Part shown: piece by piece, positions 1-9,806 of the stretch
Layout of the letters: each line of letters starts with the position of its first letter
Position numbering within the stretch: the stretch's first letter is position 1
Source of the DNA: an uncultured Candidatus Rokubacteria bacterium
Lineage (GTDB): Bacteria > Methylomirabilota > Methylomirabilia > Rokubacteriales > CSP1-6
Direction of reading: 5' to 3'
Assembly (NCBI GenBank): GCA_963762145.1
Contig: CAVXJS010000007.1
Location: 288,001-352,000, forward strand
Length of the DNA: 64,000 nucleotides
Notes under the pieces: model-generated
Seen by the model: the letters and a program-made list of their open reading frames with translations, nothing else
Told to the model about the DNA's origin: nothing
Databases searched by the model: none
Made by a program: the position numbers and the translations under genes

Positions 1-73
1 GCCGGAAGCGTTCTTCGCCGCGCCGCAGTCGGAGCGCGCCAAGGACTTCCTGTCCAAGATCCTGTCGCACTGA
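1..73 (+). CDS. 3' end of polar amino-acid ABC transporter ATP-binding protein (GlnQ/GltL-like), partial
   Basis: Reads PEAFFAAPQSERAKDFLSKILSH*, a typical GlnQ-family C-terminus; lies upstream of SBP and permeases. Confidence 0.8.
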   Translation, partial: PEAFFAAPQSERAKDFLSKILSH

Positions 74-95
74 GACTTCATCAAGGAGGATGTGC

Positions 96-959
96 ATGCG
101 GAGAGTGATCGGAGTGGTGATGGTGCTGGCGCTGCTTGCGGTGTCGGTGATGCCGGCGGCGGCGCAACAGAAGGTGACCCTCGACAAGATCGGCGAGACG
201 GGCACGCTCACGATCGGCACCCGGACCGGGTCGCCGCCGTTCGCCTACGTCAACGCCCGCAACGAGTGGGTCGGCTTCTCGGTCGACCTCGTCGAGGAGC
301 TGGTCAAGCCCGCGCTCGAGAAGAAGCTCGGCAAGCCGATCAAGGTGGAGAAGAAGGAGAGCACGCCGCCGACCCGCATCCCGCTGCTCTCGTCGGGGGC
401 GGTGGACCTGATCGCGGGCACGATGACCGACACGCGCACGCGGCGCGACAGCGTGGACTTCTCCATCACCTTCTTCGTCACCGGCGCCCAGTTCCTGGTG
501 AAGAAGGGGAGCCCGATCAAGGGCATCAAGAACATCGACGGGCGGCGCATCGCGGCCCAGCAGGGCTCGACCAACGCCCGCATCATCCGGGAGAAGGCGC
601 CCAAGGCGATGCTGCGCGAGTTCCCGGACCAGCCCGCGGCCTTCCAGGCGCTGGTGCAGGGGCAGGTGGACGCCTATACCAACGACGGCATCCAGCTCGC
701 CGGCCTCAAGACCAAGGCCCCGGATCCGGCCCAGTGGGAGATCGTCGGCGACTTCTTCTCCTACGAGCCCTACGGTATGGCCATGCGAAAGGGCGACGCG
801 GACTTCCGCAACGTCGTCAACGGCGGGCTGATGGACGGCATCGAGTCCGGCAAGTTCTTCGAGATCTACGAGAAGTGGTTCGGGGCCAAGGGAGAGCTGC
901 CGTACCCGATGGCGCCCCAGGTCCGGAGCTTCATGCTCCTCCAGGTCGTCCCCAAGTAA
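96..959 (+). CDS. Amino-acid ABC transporter substrate-binding protein (GltI-like, SBP family 3)
   Basis: Signal peptide; motifs SPPFAY, GFSVDL, RIPLLSSGAVDL, YEPYGMAMRKGD; GGAGG SD at 85-89. Confidence 0.92.
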   Translation: MRRVIGVVMVLALLAVSVMPAAAQQKVTLDKIGETGTLTIGTRTGSPPFAYVNARNEWVGFSVDLVEELVKPALEKKLGKPIKVEKKESTPPTRIPLLSSGAVDLIAGTMTDTRTRRDSVDFSITFFVTGAQFLVKKGSPIKGIKNIDGRRIAAQQGSTNARIIREKAPKAMLREFPDQPAAFQALVQGQVDAYTNDGIQLAGLKTKAPDPAQWEIVGDFFSYEPYGMAMRKGDADFRNVVNGGLMDGIESGKFFEIYEKWFGAKGELPYPMAPQVRSFMLLQVVPK

Positions 960-973
960 AGGGAGCTCAACCA

Positions 974-1058
974 CCCCTCACCCTACCCTCTCCCCTGAGG
1001 GGAGAGGGTTTGAACGTCTTCCTCTCCCCCGTCGAGGGGGAGAGGGCAGGGTGAGGGG
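974..1058. repeat. REP-like doublet, family A (CCCTCTCCCC-loop-GGGGAGAGGG), two inverted units
   Basis: CCCCTCACCCTACCCTCTCCCC-TGA-GGGGAGAGGG (974-1008) faces CCTCTCCCCC-GTCGA-GGGGGAGAGGGCAGGGTGAGGGG (1021-1058); related copies at 50147, 51249, 51552. Confidence 0.85.
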
Positions 1059-1069
1059 GAAGCTCGACG

Positions 1070-1792
1070 ATGAACTACCAGTTCAAGTGGTCGGTGCTCT
1101 GGACCGGCGAGTCCGGCCAGTGGCTGCTGAGCGGCCTCATCACCACGCTCGAGCTGTCGGCGGTCGCGTGGCTGATCGCGGTGGTTCTCGGGATCGTCTC
1201 CGGCTCGCTCCGCACCGTGCGCTTCTGGCCTCTGCGCGCGGCCGCCACGTTCTACGTGGAGTTCTTCCGCAACGTCCCGCTGCTGGTGTGGATGTTCTTC
1301 TGGTACTTCGCGGTCCCGCCGCTGCTGCCCGACGCGGCCCAGCAATGGCTCTTCGCCAACGGGCTCGAGTTCTGGGCCGCGGTGTTCGCGCTCGGCGTCT
1401 ACAGCGGGGCGCGCTTCTCCGAGGTCCTCCGCTCCGGCATCCAGTCCATCCCGCGCACGCAGCTCGAGGCGTCGGTGGCCTCGGGGCTCACCACCTTCCA
1501 GGCCTACCGCTTCGTCATCCTGCCGGTGGCGCTGCGGATCATCATCCCGCCCGGGACCAACGAGTCCCTGAACCTGCTCAAGAACTCGTCGGTCGCGCTC
1601 ACGATCAGCGTGGCCGAGCTCACGTTCCAGACGCGGCAGATCGAGACTTACACCGCCAAGGCGATCGAGGCGCTCACCGCGGGCACGCTCATCTACCTGG
1701 TGCTCTGTGTCTCGCTCGCCTCGATCATGTCCTGGGTCGAGCGCCGCACCGCGATTCCGGGCCTGATCGTCGGCGGGCGGCAGCGTCGCTGA
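1070..1792 (+). CDS. Amino-acid ABC transporter permease (GltJ-like)
   Basis: YVEFFRNVPLLV and EVLRSGIQSIP...EAS motifs; TM helices. Confidence 0.92.
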   Translation: MNYQFKWSVLWTGESGQWLLSGLITTLELSAVAWLIAVVLGIVSGSLRTVRFWPLRAAATFYVEFFRNVPLLVWMFFWYFAVPPLLPDAAQQWLFANGLEFWAAVFALGVYSGARFSEVLRSGIQSIPRTQLEASVASGLTTFQAYRFVILPVALRIIIPPGTNESLNLLKNSSVALTISVAELTFQTRQIETYTAKAIEALTAGTLIYLVLCVSLASIMSWVERRTAIPGLIVGGRQRR

Positions 1793-2549
1793 TGAGCCAG
1801 ATCGCCATCTCGATCAATGTGATGGGGGGGTCTGGGGGAGGAGCGGCGCCGCTCCCCCCCAGTCGAGAATAATTCTCGATCTCGACGTCATCTGGCGGAA
1901 TCTCCCGTTTCTGATGCTCCAGGGCTTCCTGGGCATCGGCAACTTCGTGGGCGGCACGCTGCGGCTCGCCATCCCGTCCATCATCCTGGGATTCGCGCTG
2001 GGGATCTTCATCGGCATCGCGCGCCTGGCTCCCCAGTGGTGGATCCGGATGCCGGCGACGGTCTACGTGGAGTTCTTCCGGGGTGTCCCGCTGGTGATGG
2101 TGATCTTCTGGATGTGGTTCATCATGCCGATCGTGCTCAAGACGTCCATCCCGGAGTTCGGGGTGGCGCTGACCGCGTTCGTGGTCTTCGAGGCCGCCTA
2201 CCTGGGCGAGATCGTGCGCGCGGGCATCCAGTCGGTGCCCCGCGGCCAGGTGGAGGCGGCTACCGCGCTCGGGCTCAGCGGGGCGCAGGGCATGCGCTAC
2301 GTGATCCTGCCCCAGGCGCTCAAGAACATGATCCCGTCGCTGGTGACCCAGTTCATCGTGCTCTTCAAGGACACCTCGCTCGCCTCGATCATCGGCTTCA
2401 TGGATCTGACCAAGGCCGCGCAGGTGGTGAACAACCGCGAGATCCGGCCGTTCCCGATCTACCTCTTCATCGCGGTGGTCTACTGGGTCTGCACCTACTC
2501 CATGTCCCGGTACGCGCGGTACCTGGAGAAGAGGATCGGCCCTGCCTGA
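1792..2549 (+). CDS. Amino-acid ABC transporter permease (GltK-like); N-terminus contains a REP palindrome and a probable 1-bp homopolymer frameshift
   Basis: YVEFFRGVPLVM and EIVRAGIQSVPRGQVEAA motifs; ATG 1792 overlaps the upstream TGA; deleting one base from the G7/C7 runs joins it to ...ILDLDVIWRNLPFLMLQG (downstream ORF 1914-2549). Confidence 0.8.
1824..1862. repeat. REP-like palindrome, family C (G-run plus CTGGGGG...CCCCCAG hairpin)
   Basis: GGGGGGGTCTGGGGGAGGAGCGGCGCCGCTCCCCCCCAG; stems CTGGGGG/CCCCCAG and GAGCGG/CCGCTC. Confidence 0.6.
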
Positions 2550-3390
2550 AGTCGACCTGCCCACCGGCGTCCGCCTCCACTGGCGGGAGGCCGGCCTCGC
2601 CGCGGGGTCGCCCGCTTCTGCTCCGGTGGTCGTCTGGATCCACGGGGGGTCGGTGGAGGACTCCTCGGTGATGGTGGCGGATCTCGAGCCCTTCTTCGGG
2701 CGCGTGCGCGCGCTGTTCCCCGACACGCGGGGCCACGGGCTCTCGTCGCGCTTCGAGCGGGTGGAGGACTACACCTACCCGCGCAAGGCCCTGGACCTGC
2801 TGGCGTGGCTCGACGGGCTCGGGATCCGCGAGGCGGTGTGGGGCGGGGCGTCCATGGGCGGCGCGCTCTCGCTGTGGATCGCCGCGCACGCGCCGGAGCG
2901 CGCGCGGGCGGTGATCTCGATCAGCGGGCCGCCCTTCGTGCCGACCGACGAGGACAAGGCGTGGTGGACCCGCCAGCGGCCGCTGGTGGAGGCGGGCCGC
3001 TTCGAGGAGTACTTCGACGCCAACGTGCGCCTGCGCATGGGCGAGGCCGCGCTGGCCCGGCTCAAAGCGCGTCCCGATCGGTACGCGGAGCTGACCGGCG
3101 CGCTGCGCCGCCACTCGGTGGCCTCGCTGCTCGCGCTGCTCGACGAGACCTACAGCCGCGGGGAGTGGCTCGACGAGTGCCGCCGCATTCGCTGCCCGGT
3201 CCAGGTCATCGCGGGCTCGGAGGACAGCTTCCCCACCGTGGCCATGTCCCGCCGCGTGGCCGAAGCCATCCCCGGCGCCCGTCTTCACGTGGTGGAGGGC
3301 GGCCCCCACTTCCCCAACCGCACCCACCGCGCCGAAGTCCAGGCCGTCATCGCCGCCTTCCTCGACGACCTAGACGGGGTCAGGTCTTGA
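2542..3390 (+). CDS. Alpha/beta hydrolase
   Basis: IHGG oxyanion motif, DTRGHGLS, nucleophile elbow GASMGG, catalytic His in GPHFPN; frame extends to LPEVDLPTGVRLHWREAG (possible CTG start at 2542; ORF track start 2626); stop supplied by the IR element (GVRS*). Confidence 0.85.
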   Translation: MPEVDLPTGVRLHWREAGLAAGSPASAPVVVWIHGGSVEDSSVMVADLEPFFGRVRALFPDTRGHGLSSRFERVEDYTYPRKALDLLAWLDGLGIREAVWGGASMGGALSLWIAAHAPERARAVISISGPPFVPTDEDKAWWTRQRPLVEAGRFEEYFDANVRLRMGEAALARLKARPDRYAELTGALRRHSVASLLALLDETYSRGEWLDECRRIRCPVQVIAGSEDSFPTVAMSRRVAEAIPGARLHVVEGGPHFPNRTHRAEVQAVIAAFLDDLDGVRS

Positions 3391-3459
3391 ATTGCGACAT
3401 TGTGTCGGCTCGAGGCGAGGTCGACCGAGCGGAAATGTCGTAATTCAAGACCTGACCCC
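3376..3459. repeat. Family B element: 26-bp inverted arms with 32-bp spacer, copy 1
   Basis: GGGGTCAGGTCTTGAATTGCGACATT (3376-3401) / AATGTCGTAATTCAAGACCTGACCCC (3434-3459); one G.T mismatch. Confidence 0.95.
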
Positions 3460-3502
3460 AGAGTTGCGGGGCGGGCGGGGGCGGGATAGAGTCCGAGGCG
3501 CG

Positions 3503-4027
3503 ATGAACGAGGAGCAGGCGCGCATTCGAGGGTATCTGGTGGCGCAGGGGACCAAGCTGGCGCCCGCGGCCATCGTGGAGAAGGTGCAGCAGGCGATGGC
3601 GGACCTGACCGCGGCCGCCACCGCGGTGCCCGCGGCGCGCTTCGGCGAGCGGCCCGCGCCCGAGGAGTGGAGCGGCAACGAGGTGATGGCCCACGTGCTG
3701 GCCGCCGACGGCTACTTCGCCGGCAGCATCGTGAGCGTGCTCGAGGGCGGGCCGCCGCTCCCGCGCTCGGGCGGCCGCGGGATCGAGGACGCGCCCGCGC
3801 GACCGGCCGTGGTATGGTGCCGCCTCCTCGCCGAGCAGCGCGGCCTCCTGTTCGCGAAGGTGCTCGCCGCCGATCCGGCCGCCAACCCCGACATGCGCAT
3901 CGAGCACCCGATGTTCGGCCCGCTCACCTGGCGGGAGACGCTGCTCTTCACGCGGCTGCACGATCTCGATCACGCCGGCCAGCTCCAGAAGATCGCGACG
4001 GCCCTCGCGGCGTCGCGCCCCGCCTGA
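3503..4027 (+). CDS. DinB/YfiT-family protein
   Basis: WSGNEVMAHV and HPMFGPLTWRETLLFTRLHDLDHAGQL His-triad motifs. Confidence 0.85.
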   Translation: MNEEQARIRGYLVAQGTKLAPAAIVEKVQQAMADLTAAATAVPAARFGERPAPEEWSGNEVMAHVLAADGYFAGSIVSVLEGGPPLPRSGGRGIEDAPARPAVVWCRLLAEQRGLLFAKVLAADPAANPDMRIEHPMFGPLTWRETLLFTRLHDLDHAGQLQKIATALAASRPA

Positions 4028-5061
4028 TGCGCGTCTCGATCTCGCTGCGCCTGGCCCAGACCGACTGGGCGGAGGCGAGCGCCTACGTGACCGAGGCCGA
4101 GCGCCTCGGCGTGGACGACGTCTGGTCGGCGGAGGCCTGGGGCCACGACGGCGTCACCCCGCTCGCGTTCATGGCCGCGCGGACCTCCCGCATCCGCCTC
4201 GGCACCGGAATCTTGCAGGCGGGTACCCGCACGCCCGCCCTCCTGGCCATGACCGCGATGAGCATGCAGGGCATGTCCAACGGCCGCTTCCTGCTGGGCC
4301 TGGGCGTCAGCGGGCCCCAGGTGATCGAGGGCTGGCACGGCATCCGCTTCGACCGCCCGGTCCAGCGCATGCGGGAGACGGTGGAGATCGTCCGCCGCGC
4401 CATCCGGGGCGAGCGCCTCGAGTACAAGGGGAAGGTCTACGAGCTGCCCCTCCCGGGAGGCGAGGGCAAGGCCCTCCGCTCCGCCGCCCCGCCCCAGCCG
4501 AGCCTACCGATCTACCTGGCCACGCTCTCGCCGAAGAGCCTCGAGATGACGGGCGAGATCGCCGACGGCTGGCTCGGCACCTCGTTCATGCCCGAGCACG
4601 CGCACGTCTTCACCGACTCCCTGGCCGCCGGAGCGGCCCGCGCGGGCCGCTCGCTCGCCCAGCTCGACCTGCAGGCGGGCGGCTACGTGGCCTTCGGCGA
4701 CGACGTGGAGCGGCTGATCCCGCCGCGCAAGCCCGGCCTGGCCTTCAGCCTGGGCGCGATGGGCTCGCGCCAGCACAACTTCTACAACGACGCCTATCGC
4801 CGGGCGGGTTACGTGGACGCGGCCACCGAGGTGCAGCGCCTCTGGCTCGACGGCCGCCGCGAGGAGGCGACCGCGCGCGTGCCCGACGAGCTGGTGCTCC
4901 AGACCAACCTGCTCGGCACCGACGCGATGGTGCGCGCGCGTCTCGAGGCCTACCGGCGCGCCGGCGTGACCACGCTGCGGGTCGAGCCCGGCGGCGAGGG
5001 GCTCGTGGCCCGGCTCGCCACCCTGGGCCGGTTGCTGGACCTCGTTCGCGCCCTGCGATAG
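4027..5061 (+). CDS. LLM-class (luciferase-like, possibly F420-dependent) oxidoreductase
   Basis: AERLGVDDVWSAEAWGHD, RLGTGI, GRFLLGLGVSGPQVIEGWHG, GEIADGW. Confidence 0.9.
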   Translation: MRVSISLRLAQTDWAEASAYVTEAERLGVDDVWSAEAWGHDGVTPLAFMAARTSRIRLGTGILQAGTRTPALLAMTAMSMQGMSNGRFLLGLGVSGPQVIEGWHGIRFDRPVQRMRETVEIVRRAIRGERLEYKGKVYELPLPGGEGKALRSAAPPQPSLPIYLATLSPKSLEMTGEIADGWLGTSFMPEHAHVFTDSLAAGAARAGRSLAQLDLQAGGYVAFGDDVERLIPPRKPGLAFSLGAMGSRQHNFYNDAYRRAGYVDAATEVQRLWLDGRREEATARVPDELVLQTNLLGTDAMVRARLEAYRRAGVTTLRVEPGGEGLVARLATLGRLLDLVRALR

Positions 5062-5114
5062 CATGGCGGTCGGCCGAGCCGCACGATCAACGACGATGCC
5101 ACAGGAGCCCTGAC

Positions 5115-6289
<1,175 letters not shown>

Positions 6290-6293
<4 letters not shown>

Positions 6294-7430
6294 ACTTCGA
6301 CCTCACCGAGGAGCAGCAGCTCCTGGCCGACAGCCTCAAGCGGTACCTGGTCAACGAGTACTCGATCGACACGCGGGCCAAGATCGTGGATTCGCCGACC
6401 GGCTGGAGCGAGAAGGTGTGGGCGGCCTTCGCCGAGATGGGACTGCTCGGCGTGCCCTTCGCGGAGGAGCACGGCGGCTTCGGCGGCACCGCGGTGGACG
6501 TGATGCTGGTCATGGAGGCGCTCGGCGAGGGCCTCGTGGTCGAGCCCTACTGGGTCAACGTGGGGCTGGGCGGCCGCCTGATCGCCCGCGGCGGCTCGGA
6601 TGCCCAGCAGAAGCGCATCCTGCCCGAGCTCATCCAGGGCAAGCACCGCCTGGCCTTCGCCCACACCGAGCGCTCCGCGCGCTACGATCTCGCCCACGTC
6701 GGCACGCGGGCCAAGCGCAGCGGGGGCGGCTACACGCTGAACGGCGAGAAGCGCGCGGTGCTCCACGGCGGCTCCGCCGACACCCTGATCGTCTCCGCGC
6801 GCACGGCGGGAGGCGACACCGACGCCTCCGGGATCGGCCTGTTCCTGGTGGACCGCGGGCGCGAAGGGCGTGACCCTCAAGGAGTACCGCACGATCGACG
6901 AGCTGCGCGCCGCCGACGTCTGGCTCGCCGACGTGACCGTCCCCGCCGACGCGCTCCTGGGCGAGGAGGGTCGCGGGCTGCCGCTGATCGAGGACGCGGC
7001 CGACTACGCCACCGCGCTGCTCTGCGCGGAGGCGGTGGGCGCCATCCGCTACGCCAACGAGGCCACGCTCGAGTACCTGAAGACGCGCCGGCAGTTCGGG
7101 GTGCCGATCGGCAGCTTCCAGGCGCTCCAGCATCGCATGGTGGACATGGTGATCAGCTACGAGCAGGCGCGGTCCATGGCGTGCCTGGCGTGCGTGAAGG
7201 TCGACAGCGCGCCGCCCGAGGAGCGGGCCCACACGGTCTCGGCGGCCAAGATCAAGGTGGCGGACGCCTGCCGGCACGTCAGCCAGGAGGCGGTCCAGCT
7301 CCACGGCGGCATGGGTATGACCGAGGAGCTCAAGATCAGCCACACCTTCCGGCGGCTGACCATGATCGGCCAGCTCTTCGGCGACGCCGAGCACCACCTG
7401 GAGCGCTTCGCGGCCAGCGAGAGTCGTTGA
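6290..7430 (+). CDS. Acyl-CoA dehydrogenase (PimD-like small subunit) with apparent +1 frameshift at ~6857-6859
   Basis: MNFDLTEEQQLL N-terminus in one frame; RRQFGVPIGSFQALQHR and QLHGGMGMTEE in another; removing one G restores DRGAKGVTLK. Confidence 0.85.
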
Positions 7431-7475
7431 GCAAAAGTTGACTCGCCGCGCGAGTTCCGCCCATAGTCAGGGCGT

Positions 7476-8585
7476 ATGGACGGGCAGGAATCCGCGGAGA
7501 GGCCTTCGTTCTTCCGCAAGCCCTCGGCCGCCGGGAGTCCCGCCCCCCGCGCGCCCCTAGCGCCGCCGCCCCCACCGCCGACCGGACCGCCGCCGTCGGC
7601 GGCCCCGCCACCCCCGGCGCCGCTCACCCCGGGCGCCCCCGAGAGCACGCTGCGCCGGCCGACCTTCCACGGCACGGGGGGCACGCTCTTCGGGATCCAC
7701 GTGGTCAACACGCTGCTGACGATCGTCACGCTCGGGATCTACTACTTCTGGGCCAAGACACGCCTGCGGGGGTACCTCTTCAGCCAGACCGAGATCGAGG
7801 GCGATCGCTTCGCGTACCACGGCACGGCCCGGGAGCTGCTCCTGGGCACGCTGAAGGCGGTGCTCGTGTTCGGGGTGCCGATCTATCTGCTCAACCTCGT
7901 CCGCGACGTGCTGGACGTGCCGGTCCTCGTCAAGGCCGCGGCGGGGATACTGTCGGCCGTCCTGTTCTTCGTGCTCTTCCCGGTCGCGATGGTGGGAGCC
8001 CGGCGCTACCGGCTCGGCCGGACCTCGTGGCGTGGCATCCGCTTCTCGTTTCGCGGGCGCGCGTGGGACATGGTGAAGATCTTCATCGTGGGCAGCTTCT
8101 TCACCGGGCTCACCTTCGGCCTCTACTACCCCTTCTTCCTGGTCGCCCGGCAGGGGTTCATGGTCTCGCACTCCTACTTCGGGAGCGAGCGGTTCGACTT
8201 CTCGGGCCGCGGGTGGGACCTGTTCTGGCCCTACGTGAAGGCGATCCTGCTCACGCTGCCGACCCTCGGGCTGTGCTGGGTGTGGTACGTCGCGCGCAAG
8301 CGCCGCTACTTCTGGGACCGCACCACCCTCGGCCTCGCGCGCTTCGCCTGCTCCGTGACCGGCGGCCGCCTTCTCGGCCTCTGGGTGGTGAACGTGCTCC
8401 TGCTCGTGGCCACGCTCGGCCTCGCGTGGCCCTGGGTGCGCGTGCGGAACATCCACTTCGCCTTCCGCAACCTGGCGCTGATGGGCCCCGTCGATCTCGG
8501 GCGCATCCAGCAGGAGGCGCAGCACGTCTCCACCATGGGCGAGGGACTCTCCGGCTTCTTCGACTCCGGTTTCGATCTGGCCTGA
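7476..8585 (+). CDS. YjgN/DUF898-family membrane protein with Pro-rich N-terminus
   Basis: FHGTGGTLFGIHVVNTLLTIVTLGIYYFWAK repeat-type motifs, TSWRGIRFSF; usual partner of M48 peptidases. Confidence 0.85.
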   Translation: MDGQESAERPSFFRKPSAAGSPAPRAPLAPPPPPPTGPPPSAAPPPPAPLTPGAPESTLRRPTFHGTGGTLFGIHVVNTLLTIVTLGIYYFWAKTRLRGYLFSQTEIEGDRFAYHGTARELLLGTLKAVLVFGVPIYLLNLVRDVLDVPVLVKAAAGILSAVLFFVLFPVAMVGARRYRLGRTSWRGIRFSFRGRAWDMVKIFIVGSFFTGLTFGLYYPFFLVARQGFMVSHSYFGSERFDFSGRGWDLFWPYVKAILLTLPTLGLCWVWYVARKRRYFWDRTTLGLARFACSVTGGRLLGLWVVNVLLLVATLGLAWPWVRVRNIHFAFRNLALMGPVDLGRIQQEAQHVSTMGEGLSGFFDSGFDLA

Positions 8586-8607
8586 GCCGCGTGCCGCACT
8601 CGTCCTG

Positions 8608-9704
8608 ATGCGCACCGACTGGCAGGGCAGCTACCTGGACGGACGTACCGCGGCGCGCCAGGCGGCGACCGTCCGGCTCATGCGCGAGGGCCTCGAGATC
8701 ACGACCGCGGCGGGCGGGACGCGTCTCTGGCCCTACCGCGAGCTGCGCCAGACGCAGGGCGCCTACGCGGGGGAGGAGGTCCGGCTCGAGCGGGGCGGGG
8801 AGCTTCCCGAGACGCTGCTGGTGTCCGACGCCGCGTTCCTCCAGAGCCTGCACGAGGCCGCCCCCCACGTCGGGGCGCGCTTCCACGACCCCCGCCGGCG
8901 CGCCGCGCGCCGGCGCTGGACCATCGTGGCGGCGGGCGGCGTGGTCGTGGCCACCGCCGCGATCTATCTCTGGGGCATTCCCTTGCTGGCCGGGCTCGTC
9001 ACCCCGTACGTCCCGGTGGCCTGGGAGGAGGCCCTGGGTCGGTCCGCGATGACGTATCTGGCCCCGCCCCCGCAGCGCTGCGGCGACCCGGCGCTGGGCG
9101 CGGCGATGGACGCGGTCGTGGCGCGGCTCCTGTCCGCGGGGCCGCCGTCACCCTACACGATGCGGGTCTACGTGGTGAACCGGCCGGTGGTGAACGCCCT
9201 CGCCGCGCCCGGCGGCCACGTGGTGATCTTCCACGGCCTGCTCGAGCGGACGGGCACGCCGGAGGAGCTGGCGGGCGTGATGGCCCACGAGCTCCAGCAC
9301 GTCCTGCGCCGCCACACCACGCGTGCGGTGATCCAGGACGTGGGTACCGGGCTCCTGCTGATGGCGCTGACCGGCGACGTGACCGGGCCGCTCGCGTATG
9401 GGCTGCAGACCGCCCGCGCGCTCGGCGAGCTGCGCTACTCGCGGCGCAACGAGGAGGACGCCGACGTCGAGGGGATGAGGATGCTGCTGGCCGCGCGCGT
9501 CGACCCCGCGGGCCTGATCACCTTCTTCGAGAAGATGGAGAAGGAGGAGGACGCCCAGCCCAAGGCCCTCACGTATCTCTCCTCGCACCCGATGCCGGCC
9601 GAGCGCATCGCCCGCCTCACGGTCCCTGGCCGCTACCGGGAAGCGGCCCGTCCGAGCCCGTCCTGCCGGGCGAAGACTGGCCGGCCCTGACCAAACGCTG
9701 CTAG
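8608..9704 (+). CDS. M48-family zinc metallopeptidase; probable frameshift near the C-terminus
   Basis: NALAAPGG, HELQH zinc motif, YSRRNEEDAD, SSHP; alternative frame ends EPVLPGEDWPALTKRC* at 9704 (ORF track stops at 9690). Confidence 0.85.
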
Positions 9705-9722
9705 GCCGGGGTCTGCTAGGCC

Positions 9723-9806
9723 GGGGTCAGGTCTTGAATTACGACATTTCCACCCTGTCCGTCCGTCCCGTCCGCGTGCGAATGTCGTAATTCAAGACCT
9801 GACCCC
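9723..9806. repeat. Family B element: 26-bp inverted arms with 32-bp spacer, copy 2
   Basis: Perfect IR GGGGTCAGGTCTTGAATTACGACATT (9723-9748) / AATGTCGTAATTCAAGACCTGACCCC (9781-9806); a 15-bp tandem duplication (9698-9727) overlaps the left arm. Confidence 0.95.

Noticed and set aside
3376-3459. Family B elements as CRISPR repeats or intrinsic terminators
   Set aside because: The arms are inverted and dispersed rather than direct and clustered; there is no U-tract and the loops are too long for a standard terminator.
6857-6859. Frameshift in the second acyl-CoA dehydrogenase as programmed recoding or a pseudogene
   Set aside because: There is no slippery heptamer and both halves are intact. 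Similar 1-bp indels recur at ~1855, ~9630, ~22440, ~45460 and repeatedly after 63530, which fits sequencing or assembly errors.
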